A stretch of 32,000 nucleotides of DNA, from assembly GCA_963704705.1 (NCBI GenBank), contig OY969931.1, forward strand, positions 90,001 through 122,000. The letters run 5' to 3'. The DNA is from an uncultured bacterium. Its GTDB lineage: Bacteria > Patescibacteriota > Gracilibacteria > UBA1369 > PNNO01. Shown here one piece after another: positions 9,591 to 18,841 of this stretch; the first letter of the stretch is position 1; every line of letters begins with the position of its first letter. Below the pieces are notes generated by a model. It ran no database searches. It had not been told where the DNA came from and saw nothing but the letters and a program-made list of their open reading frames with translations. The position numbers were made by a program, and so were the translations under genes.

Positions 9591-9600
9591 ACACATCACT

Positions 9601-10854
9601 ATGGCAAAATACATTGTACAGGGAGGTCAAAAACTCGAAGGAACCATTAAAGTCAGCGGTTCCAAGAATGCCGCATTACCTATTTTATGCGCAACCCTTC
9701 TTGCAAACGAAAAATCTATAATTAAAAATGTTCCGAATATTGCTGATATAAAAGCCATGATTCAGCTTCTTGAATTTCTTGGATGTAAAGTTGAGTTCAG
9801 CAACGGCACTGTTGAGGTAGATCCGAAAAATCTTAAAAGTAAAACAGCTTCAATGGAAGGGGTTTGCAATATGAGAGCATCTGTTCTTTTGCTCGGTCCT
9901 TTGCTTGCGCGCTTTGGAAAAGCCAAGATGTCGTTTCCGGGTGGATGTATTTTGGGTAAGCGTCCTGTTGATTCTCATCTTTCAGCGCTCGAAGGCCTTG
10001 GCGCAAAGGTGGTTGATGAAAATGAAATGATCAGCATGATAGCACCACAGTTGAAAGGCGCAGACATCACAATGAAAGAAATAAGCGTTACAGCAACTGA
10101 AAATGCAGTTATGGCAGCGTCAGTTGCCAAAGGAAAAACCCATATTAGGCTTGCCGCAGCTGAGCCACACGTTCAGGATCTCTGTAAATTTCTTAATAAA
10201 ATGGGCGCTAAAATTAAAGGAATAGGAACACATGATCTTCAAATTGAAGGCGTAGCTAAGCTAAAAGGCGCAACACATACTGTTACAGGCGATTATCTTG
10301 AAGCCGGAACATTCGCGATTGCCGCAGCACTTACAAACGGAAAAGTTAAAATAACCGGCATAAATCCACACGATCTCGACATTGTTTGGAATAAATTTGA
10401 AGAAGCCGGCATTGAATATAAAATCGACACTGATTCAATTACTATATTACCTCATGGTCGCCTTAAAAATGTGGCAAAAGTGCGTACTGCTGTTTTTCCG
10501 AGTTTTCCAACAGATCTTCAGGCTCCATTTACAGTTCTTCTTACCATGATTCCAGGAGAGAGCATGGTTCATGAAACACTTTTTGACGGCCGCTTAAATT
10601 ACCTTGCTGAGCTTGAAAAAATGGGGGCAAAATTTGATATTTTGAATCCTCATCAGGCGATTATTCATGGGCCGCACAAATTAAAGGCAGCACCAATTTC
10701 ATCTTGGGATATTCGCGCTGGAGCAGCCATGGTTTTGGCTGCGCTTGCAGCAAAAGGCACAACAGAAATAAGCAACATCGGATTTATTGATCGCGGTTAT
10801 GAAAATTTGGAAGGAAAATTAAAAAAGCTGGGCGCTAAAATCGAGAGAGTTTAG
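9601..10854 (+). CDS. murA: UDP-N-acetylglucosamine 1-carboxyvinyltransferase
   Basis: MAKYIVQGGQKLEGTIKVSGSKNAALPILCATLLA; NMRASVLLLGPLLARFGKAKMSFPGGCILGKRPVDSHL with the catalytic-loop Cys; GFIDRGYENLEGKLKKLGA. Confidence 0.97.
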   Translation: MAKYIVQGGQKLEGTIKVSGSKNAALPILCATLLANEKSIIKNVPNIADIKAMIQLLEFLGCKVEFSNGTVEVDPKNLKSKTASMEGVCNMRASVLLLGPLLARFGKAKMSFPGGCILGKRPVDSHLSALEGLGAKVVDENEMISMIAPQLKGADITMKEISVTATENAVMAASVAKGKTHIRLAAAEPHVQDLCKFLNKMGAKIKGIGTHDLQIEGVAKLKGATHTVTGDYLEAGTFAIAAALTNGKVKITGINPHDLDIVWNKFEEAGIEYKIDTDSITILPHGRLKNVAKVRTAVFPSFPTDLQAPFTVLLTMIPGESMVHETLFDGRLNYLAELEKMGAKFDILNPHQAIIHGPHKLKAAPISSWDIRAGAAMVLAALAAKGTTEISNIGFIDRGYENLEGKLKKLGAKIERV

Positions 10855-10875
10855 ACACCCAGCAATTGTAGTTTT

Positions 10876-12042
10876 TTATGCTGCGCAGTAGGTTTCGGGG
10901 TCGTTTAGGAATGACGAGATGTTGTAGCTGTTACGTGTAGTAATTGCCTCAAAAGCACCATCCTCTTCTGAATCGAATCCGTGATAAATTAATTTTTCTT
11001 TTAATAAGGGAGCCAAATCTTCTTCCAAATTTAAATCCAGACTGAATTCTCCTGCATCATATAATTCGCATAACATTTCTTTATTTGCTGCATCAAATCT
11101 TTGTTTTTCACCAAGTATAAGTCTGTAAATATTTTCACTTACTCCTCCTCTTGTTATAAAATCACCCGGATTATATAAACCTGTTTCTTCCAATAAATTC
11201 AATTCTGCAGCTGTTATTACATAAGTTGAATACCATTGATCAAGTCCTACATCTTCAAATGGAGATTCCGGCAAATAGGATAATCTTACATTGAATATTT
11301 CTAAAAGCATTTTAATCGCCTCAACCTTTAATACATTGTTTCCCGGTTTAAATGTTCCATCTTCATATCCTTCAACCCATCCTTGTTCTTTAGCAAAACA
11401 AATGTATCGAGCAAACCATTCATCTCCTACATCAGGAAAACAATTATTATATTGATTTGCATCAGGGTCATAACCAGCTCCAAGAACCAATATTTTCATT
11501 AATTCAGCTCTTGTTAGATTATTGTCAGGCTTAAAAGTACCGTCAGGATAGCCTTCGACAATCCCTTTATCATACAAATATTGAATAGCTGTTTCGTTTT
11601 GATGTCCGGTGTAATCCGAAATATTCATTTCTGGTAACGATTCATAGCTATAAACAGTTATCACTTTTGATTCTGCGGACATTTCTGATGCATCATTCAT
11701 TACTGCATTTACTGTGTAGCTAACAGCTGAATCACCTTCTGCGATTGCAGTACAAACTAAAGTTGAGCTGTCAGGATTTGGCTGAGGAGAACAGTCTAAT
11801 ACAGCCGGATCATAATTCCATACAAAATCAAAACTTTCCATTCCAACTGAAACAATTTTTCTTGTAAAAGTTATTTCATCGCCAACTTCAACATCCAAAT
11901 AAGAATCGCCATTAGCATTTGTAATTTCTTTAGGGTCACTACCAAACACAACAAGAAGCTCGTTGTCTTGTGGCTGAGCAAAAGCAGTGCTGAATGGCAG
12001 CATTAATCCTATTACCAGCATTGCGATAAAGATTTTTTTCAT
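10876..12042 (-). CDS. S-layer homology domain protein with N-terminal Ig-like/beta domain
   Basis: Signal peptide; C-terminal SLH repeats IQYLYDKGIVEGYPDGTFKPDNNLTRAELMKILVLGAG, ICFAKEQGWVEGYEDGTFKPGNNVLKVEAIKMLLEIF, FEDVGLDQWYSTYVITAAELNLL. Confidence 0.9.
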   Translation of the reverse strand: MKKIFIAMLVIGLMLPFSTAFAQPQDNELLVVFGSDPKEITNANGDSYLDVEVGDEITFTRKIVSVGMESFDFVWNYDPAVLDCSPQPNPDSSTLVCTAIAEGDSAVSYTVNAVMNDASEMSAESKVITVYSYESLPEMNISDYTGHQNETAIQYLYDKGIVEGYPDGTFKPDNNLTRAELMKILVLGAGYDPDANQYNNCFPDVGDEWFARYICFAKEQGWVEGYEDGTFKPGNNVLKVEAIKMLLEIFNVRLSYLPESPFEDVGLDQWYSTYVITAAELNLLEETGLYNPGDFITRGGVSENIYRLILGEKQRFDAANKEMLCELYDAGEFSLDLNLEEDLAPLLKEKLIYHGFDSEEDGAFEAITTRNSYNISSFLNDPETYCAA

Positions 12043-12085
12043 TACTTTTAAGGGTTATTAATATGCGAAAATTATTTTACCTTGC

Positions 12086-12904
12086 TTAAAAAATAAAATC
12101 CACCCTCCCCTCAATATCATTTCGCCTTACCTCGAACCCTCTTTCCATATATTTTTGCAGACTTTCTTTGTGAGGATGGCCAAAGCTATTACCTTCACCG
12201 CTTTGAATCACAACAGTTGAAGGGGAGACTTTATCCAAAAATTCATCAGAAGAAGCTGTGCGGCTGCCATGATGTCCTGCTTTATAAATATCAGCAGATA
12301 AATCAAAACCTGACTCAACCATTTCGGATTCTTCATCTATTTCAGCATCACCGCTTAACATAAATGAAAAATTGGGCCCGATTAGACGCATTGCAACCGA
12401 TGCATTATTTAAATTTTCAAATTCCTTTCCTATCATAGAATGCTCCGGCCACACAACATCCAAATATATAAACGAACCAATTCTATAATCCTGATCAGCC
12501 TTGGCATAAATAATCGGCACATCAAGCTCAAGCAATTTTTGATAATAAGGATTCCAGGAAGGCGTTCCAACAAGCATCAATCGTTTTACATCATATCTTT
12601 TCAAAACTTCAACAAGACCATTTACATGATCCGCATGCGGATGCGTTAAAACAACTAAATCAATTGTTCGGTTGTAGCGCGGCATCACGTCAGTTATGCG
12701 CTCAAGAACATTCATGAAAGGCCCTCCATCAATCAAAATAAAATAATCATCAGGTGTGCGAACAAAAATGCTGTCACCCTGCCCGACATCTAAAAACGAA
12801 ACGCGGGTTTGTGCGCTAGGCAAATCAGCAATCAAAAATCCGCCAATTAAGATTAGCGAAATTAAAAATGTGATAATTTTAGTTGGGCTTAGCATAATAA
12901 GCAA
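12086..12904 (-). CDS. ComEC/Rec2-C-terminal-like metallo-beta-lactamase fold hydrolase
   Basis: TRVSFLDVGQGDSIFVRTPDDYFILIDGG, VVLTHPHADHVNGLVEVL, MLSGDAEIDEE, ADIYKAGHHGSRTASSDEFLDKVSPSTVVIQSG. Confidence 0.9.
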   Translation of the reverse strand: MLIMLSPTKIITFLISLILIGGFLIADLPSAQTRVSFLDVGQGDSIFVRTPDDYFILIDGGPFMNVLERITDVMPRYNRTIDLVVLTHPHADHVNGLVEVLKRYDVKRLMLVGTPSWNPYYQKLLELDVPIIYAKADQDYRIGSFIYLDVVWPEHSMIGKEFENLNNASVAMRLIGPNFSFMLSGDAEIDEESEMVESGFDLSADIYKAGHHGSRTASSDEFLDKVSPSTVVIQSGEGNSFGHPHKESLQKYMERGFEVRRNDIEGRVDFIF

Positions 12905-13004
12905 TTCTAACCAACAATCATTAAGAAAACTTAAACTTTTTCTAAAATTTACTTGCCGGGCAATCCCACTTTGGTCGGCAAACCCCCTTTGCTAAGCAAG
13001 CTAA

Positions 13005-13040
13005 TAAAAAAACCCCCGCGTTTTACAGCGAGGGTCTTTT
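13005..13040 (-). terminator. Rho-independent terminator downstream of the LPETG surface-protein gene
   Basis: Reverse strand: CCCTCGC-TGTAAAAC-GCGGGGG followed by TTTTTTT; the stem has one T-G wobble. Confidence 0.7.
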
Positions 13041-13100
13041 AGGATCTTTCTTTGCGAATCTTCGTAAATGCACGAAGGATGCAAAGTATTATTGAGAAAC

Positions 13101-14672
13101 TTATTTATTCTTTTTTCGTCTTCGTAGTGCTGCTAAGCCGAGTGCCGCTCCAGTTAGTAGCCCTAATCCAGGTCCGGTTTCTGGTAACTTAATGTGTGCG
13201 ATCATTCCATCGCTCTCTTCTCCGTCTGCGTTTTTAGTAGTAAGTTTAAAGTAATATTCAGTTCCAGGAGTTAAACCTGTTACATCAACTTCTGAACGAT
13301 CAGCTCCAAGTGAAGTTCCGTCGTCATAGTTAGTTCCGCCATCAGTACTTCTATATAGGATTTGATCGATAATTGAAGGATCATCTGGTTTATCCCAGGT
13401 TAATTTAACAACAATGTCAGTAACTAAAGAAGCCATGAAGTTTTTAACATTTTCAGGTGTCAAAGCCATGCTTGGCTCTTCGTCACCATTTGCTATCACA
13501 TCAGGTTCTTCGGTATTTGGAAGGTCAACCGACATTGTCTCTCCTTGATTTCCCATAAAATCTGCGCTTGTATTTGAAGCGGTTTCATTTCCTGCTTCAT
13601 CAAGAACGCCACTTATAATAATGGTATAACTAGCATTTTTTTGTTTAGTTGTTTTAATTGTTGCAACAGTTCCTGTTGAATCGAGTGAAACATTGATTAT
13701 ATCAAGAACATCAGTTGCATCATCAGTTGCTGCAATGAAGAAATTTAAAGATGGATCACTATCCAAGATAACTGGTTCAGAGAATACAACCTTCATTTCA
13801 TCTTCTGCAGTTGATTCCGCTGAAACAACTTCAGGAGCGATGAAATCATCTGCAGGAAGTTCTCCTGTTAAATCAGAACCAGGTTCAATTGTGCTTCCAA
13901 TGAATGCTGCGGTATCAGATGTTCCGCTTACAATTGGGTTTCCTGCAGTGTCTTCAATCTGGATTCCGGCAGTCAAAATATATTCTGCTCCGCCTTCCTG
14001 AGAGTCTGTTGTTAAAAGTACAGTACCACCAACAACATCATCAGGATCCATTTCAACAGATAAAACATTAAGAGGTTCTGAAGTTGCATTGTTAACAATG
14101 CTGAATGCGCCTTCCGCATCTAGTGCAGGAAGAACAATTGCTTCAGAAAATTCCACTTTTACTGTTTCCATATCAACTGCCTGAGCATCACTTACAGTAG
14201 GAGGTTCTTCATCAGCAGCCATATGTTCTGCTTCCGGAGCCGGTCCAAAACTTGGATCAGGTGTTCCGTAAACTTCGTTACTATAGCTTTCGCTTTCATT
14301 GCCTGCTGCGTCATATGCAGTCACAGCAAAGTAAACAGTCTCACCATTTGTAAGACCATCAACTAAATATTCAATAACGTCACCGGCATCGATAACATCA
14401 TTTGAATACTCACCTTCGTCCACACTTACTGGGTCAGGACCAGAATAGATTTTGTATCCCACAACCTCTGTGTCGTCGGTTGCCACGTCCCAGCTTAGCA
14501 TAACTGCGCTGTCGTAAACCTGAATATCAAGGTTTTCAACATCATCCGGCGCAGTAGTGTCTACTTCGCCTGCAGCGCTTGCATTCGGTATTATGCTAAT
14601 CATTAGCAGAAAACCGATCGCAGCAGTTGCCAGCCAAAACAGTAGTTTATTTTTTGCGGCATGTGTTTTCAT
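13101..14672 (-). CDS. Surface protein with FN3/Ig-like domains and C-terminal LPETG-type sorting signal
   Basis: Signal peptide FWLATAAIGFLLMISIIPNASA; FN3-like segments (DSAVMLSWDVATDDTEVVGYKIYSG; DIVVKLTWDKPDDPSIIDQILYRST...TGLTPGTEYYFKLTTKNADGEES); C-terminus LPETGPGLGLLTGAALGLAALRRRKKNK. Confidence 0.92.
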   Translation of the reverse strand: MKTHAAKNKLLFWLATAAIGFLLMISIIPNASAAGEVDTTAPDDVENLDIQVYDSAVMLSWDVATDDTEVVGYKIYSGPDPVSVDEGEYSNDVIDAGDVIEYLVDGLTNGETVYFAVTAYDAAGNESESYSNEVYGTPDPSFGPAPEAEHMAADEEPPTVSDAQAVDMETVKVEFSEAIVLPALDAEGAFSIVNNATSEPLNVLSVEMDPDDVVGGTVLLTTDSQEGGAEYILTAGIQIEDTAGNPIVSGTSDTAAFIGSTIEPGSDLTGELPADDFIAPEVVSAESTAEDEMKVVFSEPVILDSDPSLNFFIAATDDATDVLDIINVSLDSTGTVATIKTTKQKNASYTIIISGVLDEAGNETASNTSADFMGNQGETMSVDLPNTEEPDVIANGDEEPSMALTPENVKNFMASLVTDIVVKLTWDKPDDPSIIDQILYRSTDGGTNYDDGTSLGADRSEVDVTGLTPGTEYYFKLTTKNADGEESDGMIAHIKLPETGPGLGLLTGAALGLAALRRRKKNK

Positions 14673-14777
14673 TTTGTTTGTGTTAGGTTTATTTTTATTT
14701 AAATCACATCATTATAACAAAAAATGCCAATCCGGGCAATCATGTAGACTTTACGAAAATATAATTTTGTTGAATGA

Positions 14778-16022
14778 TTATTTCTTTGTGTTTTTGCTTA
14801 CACTTACCTTCACAATTTTATTTCCAACGATTTTTAATATTTTTATTTTTGCATGAGGCAAATCAATAATTTCTCCGTTTTTTGGGAATCGATTCAGTTT
14901 GTCTAGTATTAAAGCTGAAATAGGCTCTTTTTCATGACCCTTTATGCTTATTCCAAGAAAATCATTAATATCTTCCAGTTTGGTAACACCGTGCGCTTCA
15001 ATTTCAAATTCAGAAACTGCTGAAATTGGCATTTCTTCAATATCCGATTCATCAATTATTTCACCTACAATTTCTTCAAGGAGATCTTCCAAAGAAACAA
15101 TACCCGCGGTTCCCCCATATTCATCAATAACAACGGCTATATGAGTGCGCGCTTTTTGAAATTCTTTAAACAAAACATCTATTTTTTTGCTAACTGGCAC
15201 AAATAAAGGATTTTTAAGTTCGCAATTTGCAAGTTTTTTATTGTAATTAAATTGTTCCGATAGCATCAAAATATCCTTGATTGTCACAATTCCCACAACA
15301 TTATCAATTGTATTTTTATAAATTGGAATTCTGGAATGTGATTTTTTAATAACGAAATTTATAGCATCTTGCAACGTAGTGTCTTCAGAAAGCGCATCAA
15401 CGGAAATTCTGGGAGTCATCACTTCTTCAACAGTAATATCATTAAACTGTAAAATATTTTTTAAAAGCTCTTTTTCGCGTTTTTGAATACTGCCTTTTTC
15501 AGCTCCCAAATCAATCAATGCTTTAATTTCTTCTTCACTTACTTCTTCATCATTATATTCATGACCCATTAAATTAATGAGGAATTTAACCAATTTATTC
15601 ATGACCCAAATAATCGGGCTGAAAATAATTTGCAGCATATAAAGAGGCTTAGCCACAAAAAGTGCTATTCCAACTGAATATTTAGTGGCGAATGATTTCG
15701 GAGTAATTTCACCAAAAATTAGAACAAGAAAAGTCATCACACCTGTTGCAATTCCGAGTCCTGATGAACCAAAAGCATTAGTAAAAACAACCGTAGCCAA
15801 CACTGAAGCTGTGATATTTACCAAATTATTACCTATTAAAATGGTAATTAATAGTTTGTGTGGATCTTTTTTTAATACATCTAATATATTTGCACTCTTT
15901 TTTTTCTCTTTTACAAGACTTCTAACTCTGGCATCACTAACAGAAATAATGGCTGTTTCGCTTCCGGAAAAGAATCCGGAAAGAATTATTAGTAAAATTA
16001 AAGAAATTATTTGTATCGTCAT
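14778..16022 (-). CDS. CNNM/CorC/HlyC-family transporter (CNNM + CBS pair + CorC_HlyC domain)
   Basis: LSGFFSGSETAIISVSDARVRSLV, VEEVMTPRISVDALSEDTTLQDA, SHSRIPIYKNTIDNVVGIVTIKDIL, HIAVVIDEYGGTAGIVSLEDLLEEIVGEIIDE. Confidence 0.95.
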   Translation of the reverse strand: MTIQIISLILLIILSGFFSGSETAIISVSDARVRSLVKEKKKSANILDVLKKDPHKLLITILIGNNLVNITASVLATVVFTNAFGSSGLGIATGVMTFLVLIFGEITPKSFATKYSVGIALFVAKPLYMLQIIFSPIIWVMNKLVKFLINLMGHEYNDEEVSEEEIKALIDLGAEKGSIQKREKELLKNILQFNDITVEEVMTPRISVDALSEDTTLQDAINFVIKKSHSRIPIYKNTIDNVVGIVTIKDILMLSEQFNYNKKLANCELKNPLFVPVSKKIDVLFKEFQKARTHIAVVIDEYGGTAGIVSLEDLLEEIVGEIIDESDIEEMPISAVSEFEIEAHGVTKLEDINDFLGISIKGHEKEPISALILDKLNRFPKNGEIIDLPHAKIKILKIVGNKIVKVSVSKNTKK

Positions 16023-16104
16023 GATTTTATTTTACCAAAAAAAGGGTTTTATACAATCGAATAAACGTATATAATTTCTGCGGCCTTTTTTAACGTGCAA
16101 AAAA

Positions 16105-18759
16105 ATGAAATTAATCATAGATGAAAAAGTTCTGCAAACCTATCCAACGCTAAGTTTTGGCATAGTGCTTGCGAAAAGTGTTAACAATGAAAGAAAAACC
16201 ATTGCATTGGAGCAGATTTTTAATGGAATGAGTGCGCAGGTTAGGAACAAAATGAAGAAATCCGAACTAAACGATATGCCAAGAATCACAAATTGGGAGA
16301 ATATTTATAAAGATATTAGCGGAAAAACCTTCCAGACAAACCTTGAAAAATTATTAAGAGATGTTTTGGCTAATCGCGAAGTCCCTTTTACTGATAATCT
16401 GGCTAAAATTAGGGATTATTTTATGCTTAAATGGAAATTGCCTATTATTTGTTTCAGCTTGAATCACATTTATGGAAATATCGAACTGACTTATGATGGC
16501 AAGGATATAATTTATAAAGATAAAGGCTCTGTTTTAACAAAAAAATGGAATAGCGAACAGTACGAAAGAGGTGATATTAATCGTGAAACCGACAGTGTTG
16601 TGTTTATTATAGAAAATTTGGGGATTTTGGAACCTGAAAAACTTAAAGATGAATTAAATGAATTGGCGTTAATGCTGCAAAAATATTGTTTTGGTTCTGA
16701 TATTGAGGTTGATTTAATTGTTCCGCCGCATAATGAAAAAGATTTGGGAGTTGCCGGGTTAAGTGAATTTACTGGTGTTCAACCTGAACAAACTGAAAAA
16801 CCTGAAGAAGAAGAGGCCCCTCAAAATGTTCCTGAAACCATCGATAAAGAACTTCCTTCAGGTGCTGAAATTCAAAAAATAATTAACGAAACTGAATTTG
16901 CGCCAGCAGAAGAGCCGGTTGAACCTGTTTTGCACCCAAAAGAATCAGTTCAGATTAATGACAATTCCCTGAAATTCAGAATTGGGGAGATGTTTAAAGA
17001 AGCTTTAAATAAATCTTACCCTGAAGTTACAGATGAAATAAAAGTTGAATATCCGCGTGATCCATCACATGGAGATTATGCCTGTAGTATAGCAATGAAA
17101 TTGGCTAAAACGCTTGGTCAGAATCCAATGGAAATAGCTGAAAAAATTACTTCAAATATTTCACCGCTTCAGTTTGTTGGTAATATTGAGGTTGTTCAGC
17201 CGGGATTTATAAATATAAGACTTTCATCGGAATTTTTGACTACACAGGTTAATGAAATCGCTCAACAAAAAGACCTCATTCATACAAAAATAGGTGAAAA
17301 TAAAACCGTGGTAATTGATTATTCGTCTCCGAATATTGCAAAGCCTTTAGGCGTTCATCATCTTTTATCAACTGTGATTGGACAGGCAATTTACAATATA
17401 TATAAGGCACTTGGGTATAAAACAATTGGAGTGAATCATCTTGGGGACTGGGGCACGCAATTCGGTAAACTTATTTATGCTTTTAAAACCTGGGGTGATA
17501 AAAAAATAATTGAAAAAGATCCGATTCCTGAACTTTTAAAACTTTATGTTAAATTTCATGATGAAGCTGAAAAATCATCTGAACTTGAAGATAAAGCTCG
17601 TGAAGAATTTAAAAAACTTGAGCAGGGAGATGAAGAAAACACTAAATTATGGGAATGGTTTAAAGATTTGAGCATGGCTGATTTAAAAGCCACTTATGAA
17701 AAGCTTGGAATTGCATTTGACGAATATATCGGCGAAAGTTTTTTTAATGACAAAATGGCTTCTGTTATTGAAGAAGGCAAAGAAAAAGGAGTCTTTGTAG
17801 AGGGCGAGGGAGGGGCTTTGATTGTTAAATTCAAAGATGAAACCATGCCACCTTATATGGTGCAAAAATCAGACGGAGCAACTCTTTATTCATTAAGAGA
17901 TCTCGCAACTATTAAATACAGACTTCAGACCTGGAATCCCGATCAGCTTTTATATGTAGTGGATAGCGCTCAAAGCCTTCATTTTAAGCAGTTATTTGAA
18001 ACCGCAAAAATGCTTGGTTATGATCATGCAAAATTTGAACATATTTCTTTTGGAAGAATGAGCCTGCCTGATAAATCAATGAGTACTCGAAAGGGAAATG
18101 TTGTTTTGCTTGAAGAAGTTCTAAAAGACGGACTTGAAAAAGCACGCGAAATCGTTAAAGAAAAAAGCAAAGATTTGAAGAAAAAAGATCAGGAAAAAGT
18201 AGCTGAAATGGTGGCAATAGGTGCTATTAAATACAATATTTTATCTCAAAACAGAACAACCGATATAGTATTTGATTGGGATAAAATGCTTAGCATCGAA
18301 GGAAACAGCGCTCCATACCTGCAATATAGTTATGCGAGAGCAGAAAGCATATTAAGAAAAAACGCCGAAGAAAAGCCAAAAAAAGAAAAAAAGAAACCAT
18401 TAAAAGATGAAAAGACTGAAAATCAAATAGATTTATTTCAGGCAATTGAAATTGCCGAAGACAAAGCAGTAAACGGTGTAGCACCTTTGGAAAACGAACA
18501 TGAATTGGAAGTTGCGCGACTTTTGCCAAAATACAGTGAGTTATTATTATTTTCAGCTGAAGAATACAAACCTAATTTATTCTCAAATTATTTATACGAA
18601 CTTGCGCATGCATTCAATGGATTTTATAATGCTGTACCGGTTTTACAAACTGAAAATTCGGAGCTTAAAGAAGTTCGTTTAAATTTAACAAGGGCAGTTT
18701 CCAGAAGTTTAAAAGAAGGATTACATATTTTAGGTATTGAAGTTCCTGAAAGAATGTAA
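16105..18759 (+). CDS. argS: Arginyl-tRNA synthetase with N-terminal B3/B4-like domain (fusion, 884 aa)
   Basis: ArgRS core: IDYSSPNIAKPLGVHHLLSTVIGQAIYNIYKALGYKTIGVNHLGDWGTQFGKLIYA, MSTRKGNVVLLEEVL, PYLQYSYARAESILRK, C-terminal LPKYSELL...LYELAHAFNGFYNAVPVL. About 200 residues precede the core and an acidic/Pro linker, and resemble a B3/B4 domain. Confidence 0.95.
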   Translation: MKLIIDEKVLQTYPTLSFGIVLAKSVNNERKTIALEQIFNGMSAQVRNKMKKSELNDMPRITNWENIYKDISGKTFQTNLEKLLRDVLANREVPFTDNLAKIRDYFMLKWKLPIICFSLNHIYGNIELTYDGKDIIYKDKGSVLTKKWNSEQYERGDINRETDSVVFIIENLGILEPEKLKDELNELALMLQKYCFGSDIEVDLIVPPHNEKDLGVAGLSEFTGVQPEQTEKPEEEEAPQNVPETIDKELPSGAEIQKIINETEFAPAEEPVEPVLHPKESVQINDNSLKFRIGEMFKEALNKSYPEVTDEIKVEYPRDPSHGDYACSIAMKLAKTLGQNPMEIAEKITSNISPLQFVGNIEVVQPGFINIRLSSEFLTTQVNEIAQQKDLIHTKIGENKTVVIDYSSPNIAKPLGVHHLLSTVIGQAIYNIYKALGYKTIGVNHLGDWGTQFGKLIYAFKTWGDKKIIEKDPIPELLKLYVKFHDEAEKSSELEDKAREEFKKLEQGDEENTKLWEWFKDLSMADLKATYEKLGIAFDEYIGESFFNDKMASVIEEGKEKGVFVEGEGGALIVKFKDETMPPYMVQKSDGATLYSLRDLATIKYRLQTWNPDQLLYVVDSAQSLHFKQLFETAKMLGYDHAKFEHISFGRMSLPDKSMSTRKGNVVLLEEVLKDGLEKAREIVKEKSKDLKKKDQEKVAEMVAIGAIKYNILSQNRTTDIVFDWDKMLSIEGNSAPYLQYSYARAESILRKNAEEKPKKEKKKPLKDEKTENQIDLFQAIEIAEDKAVNGVAPLENEHELEVARLLPKYSELLLFSAEEYKPNLFSNYLYELAHAFNGFYNAVPVLQTENSELKEVRLNLTRAVSRSLKEGLHILGIEVPERM

Positions 18760-18841
18760 GATGAACAGCTAATTCTCACATTGAGTGGATTTTTTAAAAA
18801 TATTTGTTATATTAAATAGGTGTTGAACGACAGACCAATAC

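Noticed and set aside
12440-12995. Plus-strand ORFs 12440..12649 and 12756..12995
   Set aside because: Antisense to the metallo-beta-lactamase-fold gene or in short intergenic sequence; no support.
17683-18682. ORFs 17683..17865, 18290..18529 and 18500..18682 within argS
   Set aside because: Out-of-frame or antisense to conserved ArgRS domains.
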